From Amoebidium appalachense (taxonomy: Eukaryota > Protista > Ichthyosporea), in NCBI GenBank assembly GCA_963693365.1, contig CAVNZM010000001.1:18648783-18712782 (forward strand): 64,000 nucleotides of DNA. Direction: 5' to 3'. Below are positions 47,863-64,000 of this stretch, in pieces. The position numbers and the translations under genes were made by a program. Position 1 is the first letter of the stretch; each line of letters opens with the position of its first letter. The notes beneath the pieces were generated by a model, which did no database searches, was not told where the DNA came from, and saw only the letters and a program-made list of their open reading frames with translations.

Positions 47863-50586
47863 CCTCTGTGTGACCCTATCCAACTAACACCACCAGGGTG
47901 CACCTACCATAATAGATATATTGGCCGGGCCTCTTGGTGTCTCTGCTGTCCACAAGTGCAACATAGAATGGCTGTGGGGGGGTTTGGGATAAGAACAACA
48001 TCCGGCAACTGCAGCTGAATTAGACTCAAGGCATAAGAAGAACGTGCATCTTTGAGCGCTTGGGGACAACGGGAATGGGGGCCACACGGGCCGGCATGCT
48101 GTGGCTATAATACGCCACTTACACGTTCAGAGGTACCATGACAAACAGCGCATTTCACGGTAAGGGGTTGGTTGATGGGAATGGCGGTTGTGTGAATGCG
48201 TGCGCGGGGGGGGGGTGACCCCTATGTGCTAGCGCTTGTGTGCTTATTGGTGTGTGTGTATTTATCAAATTATCGAGTCCCCTCTCTTGGGGGGGGGGGG
48301 TAGCACATCATTCGCTTATAACCCCAGCGCGGGGGGGGGGGGGGGGGGGGGGGGGGGCTGAATCCGCGCAACACAACAAGTGACTCACTTTGCTTGTTTT
48401 ATGGGCCACATCACGACACCACCAGCCGTCGTCCTGCCTCTCCTGGTCCACTCTGAGAACAACCGCACGGCAACCTGCATCAACCCACCCTTAGTTGTCG
48501 ATGTCATACTCCATAAGCATGTTCCTATCGTCGGATGTCGTTTTTCCTCAACAAAATCACAAGCATAGGCCTCATAGAAGGTTTCGAACAGACCTTCTTC
48601 CTAGGACCCTACATAAACGACCGGTGCAAAAAAGAGTAAGGTAGTCACCCACCTAGCTTTGAATGGACGAAAAAATCCCCAACATCAAGAGGCAGCTCCT
48701 TTGGTCTGTCGTGTAGAAAGTGGCCGACAGGCTGAAGAGTGACGTAGCTCCGTTGTTGGGCTCCATTGGTCACCGCTCTTACTGTCGATAATAGCCCGCT
48801 CTTGGGGAAAAAAAAAAAAGAGGTGGACAAGAAAAAAAGAGGCTGTGAGTGTGTATTCGTTCGAATCTTCACAATACATGTCAAAAGAAACACAGGCGAT
48901 CTTTACACCATCATTCTTGATACCGTTTCCACTGTGGCATAGCAGATTCGGAGAATGAGTGTCACCCTGCTACATCGCAAGCATGCCAGGCAGGTTCGAG
49001 ATGGTGCATTTTCATTGCGCAATCTAAGCGAGAAAAAGTGAAACCCCACTTTCCATGCTCCTACAGATGCTCCTCCAATACTCGGGTGAGAGGTCTCCGC
49101 GACGTGAAGCTGAGGCTCTTGGAAAAGAAAACTGACGCACACAACCAAAGCGCTTCGCTGAAAGCTATGTGCGCCCATCTCCTCAACCATACCATATCTT
49201 TACAACCTGCTTGTTCCATTCTTCTTTCTTATGTTTGTACGAATGTGGAGGTTGTTCACTACACTCACCTGCACTAGCGGAACTGAAAGCCGCCTCAATG
49301 ACAATCCCGTTGAAGAAAGCATGTTGCCCTTTCAACTTTCTAAGTTTAGTAAACTAGTGAAACGATAAAGGCTTGAACTTCTGTGCAAAAACAGCTGACA
49401 GGGGCCCAAAATTTACACAGAACTTCCCCACAACCGTATAAAACTTGAAACACACTCCCTCTTGTTCTCTTTTTTTTTGGGACTGGGTCTGACTGGGTCT
49501 CCCGTTGTTTTTGCATGTGTGAGGTGTGTAGAAAGGCAATATTACTTATGCTTACATGACTATACTCAATTTTAAAATTAGCTACAGTTTACGTGTATTT
49601 TAACTTGAGAGACAAATATATGTAAAGTGTTGTATTCGTTAAAAGTGATTGTCGTTCCTTATTGAAAAGTCCCACGATTCTGTACACAAGAGCCAATCAG
49701 ATTTGGGTAGATGCGGCTCATAGCGAGGGGGGCAAAACCAACGCTTGAGCCGTTTGCAGAGTCCAACGCAAAAAATGGCTATTTAGATAGCTGCTTATAA
49801 ATTTTTCTACAGATTTATTGAACCAAAAAAGACAATAAATAATGTTTAATGTAGCGTTAGCATTTGTTTGCCCTGTGTCAGTGGAGACTAGTCGGACTAA
49901 GGAGCACGGACAACTGGGCACTGGTTTACGTGGGTATCGGTCTCCCTATACTCTTGGTGTAGCTACATAGATTACATCCAAGCGGCTGGGGCGGCCAAGG
50001 CCATTTTTATCCCCATGCTCTGCCACTGCAGTACATTATTAATATAGAATTTATAAATTTAACTAGAATAAATGATGAAGGATGAAGATGATAAAGAAAC
50101 CATGGGCTTCCAAGCTCCCAGCGTCCGGGGAGCCTTATCATGAATGCGTGGGTTTCGAAGACGCATGCCATTGGTGCGCAGATGAGTCATTGAGGATTGG
50201 TTGAGACTTAAGACAATTACCTATATTTGGTATAATCTAGATAGTGTCGATTGGACACCCCGTGTTGTTGCTTCATTCAAAAAAAAACGGCCCCTTCTGC
50301 CCTCAAGACTGCAAGCGAACCGTTCAGCAGTTCAGCACTCAGAAGTTCAGTGTTGCCTCGCAACATGTATCTACAGCCTCCCTGATGCTGTGGGCTGTGG
50401 GCTCATGATGTTCACCAGCTCTTCTGATCTTCTTCTACCCTAGCAGAATTGGATATCATATGGCGCATAAGAAGTTCTATACAACCCAGACTATTGATAC
50501 CGCAACAGTCATCTGACGTTTCGGCAACGTAAAAAACTTCTTTGACTGACGATTTCTTAGAATAGAGGTGCCGAAGGTTAGAAGAA

Positions 50587-50772
50587 ATGGGTGGGCGGAC
50601 CATCTTCCAAACGTACAGCTTTGCGCTGGTTATCTGCCAGCACCCTGATGGCCGGCTTCTTGCTGTCAAGGAATCAAGAAACAGGGGCTGGTGGATACCC
50701 GGGGGAGGGGTAGGCACACGGCAAGCTGCACGAGCACTCAAGCCTACGTGTCCGCCTGCCTGCCCACCTGCC

Positions 50773-50807
<35 letters not shown>

Positions 50808-50932
50808 TGCCTGCCTGCCTTTCCTTCCCTTCTTTACTTTCACGCTTGTTGGGTTGCCCGTTTTTTTCTTTTCCTGCCCCCCCCCCCCCCCCCCCCCCCC
50901 AACTCCCCCCCAATACCCCAGGCAACCAACCT

Positions 50933-50968
<36 letters not shown>

Positions 50969-51226
50969 CCGGCTCTTGTTTAACAGGTCACTGATCGCAA
51001 CTGCACCGTCTTCTGGACCATGAGTACCTTCTGAAATATGATCCACTTACCTCGACGCTTCGGTTTTGAACTTCCTCTTTCTTGTCTACCATAGCTCAAG
51101 CTTTTCTCTATCTCTCTCACTCCCCCCCCCCCCCCCCCCCCCCTTTCCCCTTCACCTTTCTCCTCTCCCCTCCCCCCCCCCCCTCTCTCCCTCTCTCTCT
51201 CTCTCTCTCCCTCTCTCTCCCCCCCC

Positions 51227-51286
<60 letters not shown>

Positions 51287-51314
51287 GCTCTCTGTCTCTC
51301 TCTCTCTCTCTCTC

Positions 51315-51354
<40 letters not shown>

Positions 51355-51683
51355 ATATATATATATATATATATCCCTGCAAACCCTCCCCCCTCCCCCC
51401 TTTTTTTTTCTTACCTATATATATCCCTCCCCTCTAACTCTAACCCTCCTACCCACTTCCCGCCTCCATCCCTCCCCCCCTCCTGCCCCTTCTTCTGCCC
51501 TCTTTCTCTGTCCAACCCTCCCCTCTATCTCTACCTCTCTCCCCCTCTCTCCCACTCTCTTCCCCCTCTCCGTCCCCCCTTTTCGTCTTTCGGCCCCGTC
51601 TCTCGGCCCTATATTTCTCTCCCCTCTCCCGAGATTCTCTCTCGCTCGTCCTCTCTTCTCGAAGCTTTCTCACACTCACTCAC

Positions 51684-51720
<37 letters not shown>

Positions 51721-52083
51721 CTCTCTCTCTCTCTCTTGCTCTCTCTTTTTCTCTCTCTCTCTCTCTCTCTCTCCCCCCCCCCCCCCCCCTCTCCCTCTCT
51801 TCCTCTTCTCTCTCGTCTCTCTCTCTCTCTCTTCTATCTTGCTCTGTCTCTCTCATTCTATCGGCTCTCTCTCTCCCTCGGCCCTGCCCCCTCCCTGTCT
51901 CCCCTGCCCCTCTCTTTTCCCTCCTATCTCTTTCTTCCCCCCCCCCCCCCCCCCCCCCCCCCCCCGCCCCATGTGTTCCTCTTAGCGCATTCTCTCTTTC
52001 TTTCTTCACCCCCCCCCCCCCCCCCCCCCCCCCCCCCGTGTGTTTCTCTTGGCTCTCCCTCTTTTTTTTCTCCCCCCCTCCCT

Positions 52084-52116
<33 letters not shown>

Positions 52117-52531
52117 CCCCTTGGTCTCTCTCTTTCGCTCTCGAAGGTGACCCGTCCTTGTCGTGTTAGGGGGCGCCCCTCTTCCCACCCACTTCTTCCA
52201 TTCACTCCCCGATGATGTATGTCTTCAGTCATTCACCGCGTTTCCTTTTACCAGAAGCCCCAGAAAAAGAAGAAAAGAAATAAAATAAAAAAAAATTAAA
52301 AATTAAACAACGAAAAAATAAAAAAAGGAAAGAAAAACAAGCTTATCAATCTCGCTCAAGGTGCTCCTAACACGTTGCAACAAACATGCAGGTTGATGCT
52401 GGAGAAACCTTTCAGGAGGCAGCCATCAGAGAGACACTTGAGGTAGTGTACCATTGGTCATTTGTTTTCTCGTTTTCTTTTTTTCACGCTTTTTTGTGTT
52501 GGGAAAGGCAAGCAAAAAGGTTGTTGCAAAT

Positions 52532-52562
<31 letters not shown>

Positions 52563-52629
52563 GTGCACACATGCAGGCACACTCACATACATGCCCTTCT
52601 CCCCCTTCTCCCTCTCAGTGTTCTGTCCT

Positions 52630-52709
<80 letters not shown>

Positions 52710-52759
52710 GGAGAGTCGGAGTGATGGTGTCCAAAAGCGGATGAGAATTGTGTGTGTGT

Positions 52760-52791
<32 letters not shown>

Positions 52792-53969
52792 GAATACAGT
52801 TGACACGATTATAACTATGCTGTTACCTCCAAATACTAAAAAGCTACAGAAAGGAAACAAATGCACATTCTCTCAACTACATCCGTTCCTTGTGATCCCA
52901 CGATCAACACCACACAACCACGCCTAGCAACCGCGGCATTTTGCCAATTTCATCCCTACCATAAATCCACACAAACACCCACCCACTCTTGAAACCTGCC
53001 CACCCATCCATCCGCCTGCATTCCTCAGCGCATATTTCTCGCAATCAACTCACCAATCAGATGTCGTGTTTTTGTGCCCATCAGGAAGCAGGGGTCAAGG
53101 TTGATCTGAGGGGTGTTCTACGTGTGGAGCACACGGTACGAGGGGACACGCTGAGACTCAGAGTTATATTCTATGCCGTGCCTGTGCACCCAGATTCACC
53201 GCCAAAACAACAGCCGGATGAGGAGTCGGAAGGGGTACGTTCCATTGCTAAATAAGCGAACAATTGGCATGGTGCATGGGTGGGTGGGTGGGTGGGTGTC
53301 TGCGTGTGTGATGTATGAGGCTTTTCAGGTGGAGAGAGGGTTGGGGGAGGGGGGGGGGGGGGGGGGGGGGGAGGGGGGTTGAGATCGTTTTTGCCCGTCC
53401 CTTTGTGGCGGAGGGAGGGAAGAGGAGGAGTGGGTGGGGGTGGGGTGGGGGAGGGTCGAAAGTGATTCGAGCTTGATAGATGTCTGTGCGTGGGTCTCTC
53501 AGATGTGGGACATCCGGGAGGAGAGGGGGGTGGGGGGAGGGGGAAGGTGGGGCAGGGAGTGGGGGAGAGTACAATTTCACAGCTTCAACATATGGGGGCA
53601 AGCTGCCTGTTTCTCTGTGTGTTGCTTGAGTATTATGTTACTGCGTTAATGCCATGTTATCCACCTAATCACACTATGTATAGTTAATGGTGGTGGTGGG
53701 GGCATGCAGGCGCAGTGGGTGACTCTGGAGGAGGCAGAGGGCATGGGGCCGTGGAGGGGGTCGGAGCTGCTGCAGTGGGGCAGATACCTGCAGGTACGTG
53801 TGCAAGAGGTACTTCCTGCTCTGCTTGGTGTCTGTGTGCTAATATGCTGATGTGAGATACACAGGAATTTGGTAGATCAGAGGAAGGGAACGAGGAGATG
53901 GGGGGGGGGGGGGGGGAGGGGGGGGGGGGAGGGGGGCATTGGTTGGGGGAGGGAGGAAGGTGTGTGTGT

Positions 53970-54011
<42 letters not shown>

Positions 54012-54162
54012 CGTTGCACACAGGGGTGGCAAGCAGTCTCCCGGGTGTGAATGGAAGAACGAGAGGGCAATCGAATAGCCTAAAATGACTTTGTTTGTCG
54101 GTTTAAGATTGCCCCGGGAGGGAGTGGGTGTGGTTGGGTGGGAGTGTATGTGCAGGGTGTGT

Positions 54163-54220
<58 letters not shown>

Positions 54221-54318
54221 AGGCAGGTCGTAGTTAGTGCAAGCTGCCAAATCCACAGATTTGCTAACAGCCTCCCCCCCCCCCCCCCCCCCCTCCTCCC
54301 CTCCCCCTCTCCCCCCCC

Positions 54319-54373
<55 letters not shown>

Positions 54374-54449
54374 ACAGAACGGTCACAAGCCTGCACCACT
54401 CTCCATCCTTGCACGAGAACGAGATGCCATTCCAGTCGATCCGTTGTAA
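50587..54449 (+). CDS. Nudix hydrolase (NUDT18/MutT-like), 5 exons, ~159 aa
   Basis: Exons 50587-50709, 52392-52442, 53085-53234, 53710-53793, 54378-54449 (480 nt, all phase 0, GT-AG). The Nudix box GGGVDAGETFQEAAIRETLEEAG is assembled across three exons. Downstream LRVIFYA...PDEESEGAQW resembles NUDT18-type enzymes (recalled similarity, not searched). Confidence 0.9.
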
Positions 54450-54790
54450 CTCCAAGAATTATCCAAGCTATGGCTGAACAGCTGTTATTGCCACTTAAAA
54501 AAAACCTTTGGTTTCTTATTGGCTCGAACTCGGTCAGTAACGAATCATAATTATTTCGTCACCAGCATGCACTAGGTCAAGATTAGGATGTTCTTCTCAA
54601 ATGTATGTATGATAGGTATCCACAGGTTTGAAGCTGTAACACGAATACAGTAACCATGATTCGGTAGAAGAAAGTGTTTTTGCGAATGCCGGGTGTCTGC
54701 AATATGGTTTTTAAAGCTGTTGCATTATCTTTTTCAAAAAAAGGGAAAAAATCAGCAACCTTGTAAGACTGCTTTTCAGATACTTCTTTG

Positions 54791-54898
54791 AATGTTGATA
54801 TAGATCTTCTGTAATCAGGCTTGTGTCTTCTATTGTTGCGCGCTAATGTTGATATAGATCTTCTGTAATCAGGCTTGTGTCTTCTATTGTTGCGCGCT
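54791..54898. repeat. Perfect tandem duplication of a 54-bp unit downstream of the Nudix stop codon
   Basis: AATGTTGATATAGATCTTCTGTAATCAGGCTTGTGTCTTCTATTGTTGCGCGCT at 54791-54844 and 54845-54898. Confidence 0.95.
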
Positions 54899-55416
54899 AA
54901 GTTATTGACATAGCTTAGATTTGACGATAATAAATCTCTATGGTTATGATGAAATCAAGGTCGCAGCAAACCCCCCCCCCCCCCCCCCCCCAAACACACA
55001 CACACACACACACACACCGCCGGTCCCCCCTCCCCTTCTCCCCCTCCCCCCCTGCCAAGCATCCCTATCTTAATCAAAGCACCATCGGCTACCTCCTCCT
55101 GCTTCACAAAGCGGCCCAAGGGCAAACACATGTAAATTGACACACACACAACGGTGCGCGCACTGCGCGCACACACATATGCATAAACACACACACACAC
55201 GCGCGCGCGCGCGTACCGTGTACACAGGCGCACACTTACGCACGCACACGCAAAAGCACACGCGCACAGATCTAGACACGCACACGCACACACACATACA
55301 CACACGCCAATTTGGCAGGTCTTTTGGCAGGCTCATTTATTTGCATATTTGCAATGGACGTGCCTCCAACTGCCTTATTGGAAGCTTTGCTCCCCCCCCC
55401 CCCCCCCCCCCCCCCC

Positions 55417-55454
<38 letters not shown>

Positions 55455-55963
55455 CCCCTTTCAGAGATTGCTCGCCACACACAAACTGTACGTGTGGGAC
55501 CATGACTAACAAGTATTATTATTAGTATAGGCACACACAGACGTGTACGTACGGTACACGCACACCGACAAACACCAGGAGAAATATGCACATGCACACG
55601 CACCTACAGGCGCCCACAGAAGCAGACACGAGGACAATTTAAACACCACGCGGCCGTACGCTACACACACACACACACACATACACACACACACACACAC
55701 GTATACACACACACTTCCAAAATCCCTGCGGTCTGCCATTTTCGAAGCCAGTTCAAGCAACCATCCCGTGGCTACAGCTAGACTTTCGGCTGCTGTAGCC
55801 ACTGCGGTCGCGTGGAAATGGCTTCGGCAGTAAATTGATCTATTACTGTGTTCTAAATGCACGCAGTGAAGCAGGAAAACACGGCTACCGTTACGTGCGT
55901 GCACGTGTTGGCACACTTTCCACGACTCCAGCGGAATTCAGAGAAAGGCCACCAACGCACGCT

Positions 55964-56299
55964 ATTGGTCAATAAAGTCTTCGTCTATGATTGGCTTATT
56001 TCGCACCAGAGATTAGGAAACCAATCACAGCGCGTTTTGTTTTTTATTGCACACCAATAAGAATCTAACGCTAATGAGCCACGAGGTAAAAGTGTAGGTA
56101 CTTCGAACCAGGCAATTTAAAAAAGGTCAAAATGTAACCATAGAATATCAAAATTAACATTTGAAGTGAAAAAAGAATTCCTAAAAGCTCTCTATATGTC
56201 TTTATAACGTGAACCCCCTGTATTAGCGGTGATTCAATTAGAGCCAATCAGCAATCTTTAAGAATGCATCCAATCAGCGCTCAGACCGTTTCAACCAAT
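55964..56299. promoter_or_regulatory. Cluster of seven CCAAT boxes (candidate NF-Y promoter)
   Basis: ATTGG at 55964 and 55990; CCAAT at 56021, 56054, 56244, 56270, 56295, several with CCAATCA flanks. The segment is homopolymer-free and lies upstream of the DUF2015-like gene. Confidence 0.55.
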
Positions 56300-56990
56300 C
56301 AAACACCTGAATGGCCAAGCAGTTTTTCACGCAGACTGTTTGCATGCAGGCAACCATGAAGAAAGAGCAGAATTTATTAATTTCAAATGTCTAATGTGAT
56401 AGAGGGTGCTGTTCTGTACGAATTTAGGAGAAACCTAGTGTCATTCAGCAAAGAACCCATATTGTTTCCACGGCCAACTTGATTGAGGCCATCATATTTA
56501 GTGGTGTTAGTAACGGTTGCAACACATTATAAGTTAGGTGCAACCATTTTTTTTCAAAACCATTATTCAATAGCAGCTAAAGAAATCAAGTCCATGGCTG
56601 AGCCGCGAAAAAAAAATAGGCTAGCCTCAAACTAAGGCATAGGCAGAGACAGGAATATCAATGTTCCCATGGTCGATGGCAGTACATGCAATGCCACGGT
56701 AGCCCTAGATGCTATTTCGACGAACACTATATGCTTTTGTTTTTCCCCTGAGACGTCTTTTAACCAAGTCATTGCGCTGCACATCTTTCTTAGCTCTAGA
56801 ATTCAAACGGTTTCTACTGACCAAGCTGCCCCTGAAAGGAGACGTGCAAGACTTGCAACCACGGCATGTAAGTCCTACTTGCCCACACAAACACACACCA
56901 CACACACACGCCGTCACACATGCACACAGTATATGCGCACAAGTCATTCCAGCACCATTAAATCACACACACACAGACACCATTAAATCA

Positions 56991-57071
<81 letters not shown>

Positions 57072-57788
57072 ATGCCACACACAGACAATGCCACACACAC
57101 ATAATGTCACACACACCACACACAAAACACAACACACAGACAGAGACAGACAATGCCACACATAATGTCACACACACAGAGGATGCCACACACACACACA
57201 CACACAAACACAAACACACACCATACACAAACACACACACTACACACACATACCGCACACACGACACACACAAACGCACACACACGCACAGGCGCGCGCA
57301 CATACACACCACAGACGCGTCATATGTGCACACCTTAACGCCCACACACACACACACATAGGGAGATATACGCAAGGATAGCCGCATTTAGACACATTGA
57401 CTTATACATGTGCGGCAGGACACGCACACGCACACTCATCTCACTGTAAAGCATTCAGCTAAACATTCCACGCTGACATGAGCACACACACACTTCACAG
57501 CTGCAGGGACAATAAACACCCAACTAGACCAACCAAGACACCAGTGATAGACACCCACACTTCCACAAACACACATGTAAAAGCACGTATTGATGTGCTC
57601 ACTGAGCACACACATTGTCGAACATAAAACCTGGTAGTGACTGTCGGATGCACACAAAACGCTCACGTTCACATCGTTTAGCGCAATACACAAAGACAGA
57701 CTTAGCCAGCTGGGCATGCACCGTGCATGCAGACACACCCAATTGTAGTTTGGCATGTGCTCACAACTACACACACCTAAACACACAT

Positions 57789-57848
<60 letters not shown>

Positions 57849-58470
57849 CCATCCGCAAAAGTCAATCCAACACTGCCGTATATCCAAAATTGTCATCCAA
57901 TCTTTACACAAACCACGAAAAACTTCATTACACATCTCCTGCATACATAACAGCCCCTCGAGTCATGAGGCTGAGTGATTGAGTCACTGAACGAAAAAAC
58001 CAAAACGACAGATGGGAGGCAAAGTAACTTCTAAACACAATAGTCTTTGGTACAATCATTGTAACTTGAGTGAACAGGAGTGTTGTTAACGTAGTGGTGT
58101 ATTGCATCTTCGTGATTACACTGGCAAAAGGCTAGGGGCTGTGTGTACCCTTCACTCCACCTCCCCGCTGCAGAGCTGTGTCCCTCAATCTTCCCCATGT
58201 CGTCCTTTTTCTCTTCCCAACCTCCTCCCCTGGGCACAATCGCCATCCCCTCGACCAAATGATTCTGTGTCTATGACCATTATACAGAATATGTCGTTCT
58301 TTATTTTATTTTTATTTTTTAAATTTTTTTTTTTACCCCCCGTGATGTACGGTTTCAGGTGTCTTCCTAACACTCCCTTCCCCCCCTTACCCCATCCGCT
58401 CTCCCCTCACCGCTTCCCTCTCACTTTTCCACCTATTATTTCCCACCTTTAGATATTTTTTTTATTGAGT

Positions 58471-58514
58471 TTCAAGTTATGAAGGTGCATTTCGTACTCT
58501 GCAACACATTTCAG
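58471..58514 (+). mobile_element. Diverged 3'-end relic of poly(C)-abutting repeat
   Basis: TATGAAGGTGCATTTCGTACTCTGCAACACATTTCAG followed by a C run; GTACTCTGCAACACA also occurs in the relic at 3452-3554. Confidence 0.4.
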
Positions 58515-58614
58515 CCCCCCTCCTCCCTCTCCCCCCTCCCCCCCCCCCCCCCCCTGCCTGACAGTCCCTACCCCTTTCTCCCCATCCCCACCACCCACTA
58601 ACCTACCTCCCCCC

Positions 58615-58645
<31 letters not shown>

Positions 58646-58704
58646 ACACCCCCCCACACACACACACTCCCCACCCTCCCTCCCACCCTCTACTCAGATC
58701 CACC

Positions 58705-63336
<4,632 letters not shown>

Positions 63337-63344
63337 TGTTTGTT

Positions 63345-63375
<31 letters not shown>

Positions 63376-64000
63376 GGGTGCATTAACTCTCGGCTCTCTT
63401 GCTCTCTCTAGGACACTGAGAGGTTTGTCTGCCTTTGTTTATCATACCTGGTCTGCCTGCTTTTCTCCTTATTGCCCCCCCCCCCCCCCCCTCCCCCCCC
63501 CCCCTTCCCTCCAACCCCTCTTTGAATCTCTCTCCCCACCATCCCTCCTTCCCCCCCCCCCCCCCCCCCCCCCCCACGCACACACACCCGCACACCCACA
63601 CCCACACCCACACACTGTGGTGGCTCCTCATAGGAGCATGCCAGCAATCGCCGCACATTCAGCCAAACAAAGATACACGGAAACACACAGCCATAAGTAT
63701 ACACACACACCATCTAATAAACCTTGGCCTCCCCTCCCCTTTTCCCTCCCTCTCCCCCTTCCCCTCCTCCCCCCCCCCTCCCCCCTCCCCCCCTCCCCCC
63801 ACCCACCCCCCACCCTATCCCTCTTCCCCCCTCCCCTCCTCCCCCCCTCCCCCCAAAAAAATAATAATAGTTAAAAATGAAAAGACCATTTGCACATATA
63901 CTCGCTTGTTCTGCCCCTTGATCCCTAATAATTGGTATGCCAACTCTCCTTTGAAGGCACTTTACCTTTTTCTTTCTCAGGTTTGCATAACTTCTATTGC

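Overview
Intron-rich eukaryotic genomic DNA, probably from a unicellular opisthokont (inference from gene content and architecture; the organism cannot be named from this window). Most ORFs in the supplied track are artefacts of poly(C)/poly(G) and (CA)n/(GT)n tracts that fill the introns. Manual GT-AG splicing gives these genes: a partial minus-strand gene of unknown function at the left edge, a 28-exon class V-type myosin (1793-29417, ~1728 aa), a 7-exon CRAL-TRIO/Sec14-like gene, an intronless ankyrin-repeat gene, a 5-exon Nudix hydrolase, and a DUF2015-like gene at the right edge. The main unexplained signal is a non-coding interspersed repeat family with about a dozen copies or relics. 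The copies share a fixed 3' end (...GTACTTCGTAC...GCATTCAAA) that abuts a poly(C) run, are variably 5'-truncated, and all lie on the + strand. One copy has a partial-tandem (pseudo-LTR-like) arrangement, and the element contains a predicted long hairpin with a pseudoknot. This fits a non-autonomous poly(C)-targeting or poly(C)-tailed retroelement, possibly Penelope-like. Also notable are many 3' splice sites preceded directly by (CA)n rather than a U-rich tract, a TTAA-flanked piggyBac-like MITE, and a regularly spaced CCAAT cluster.
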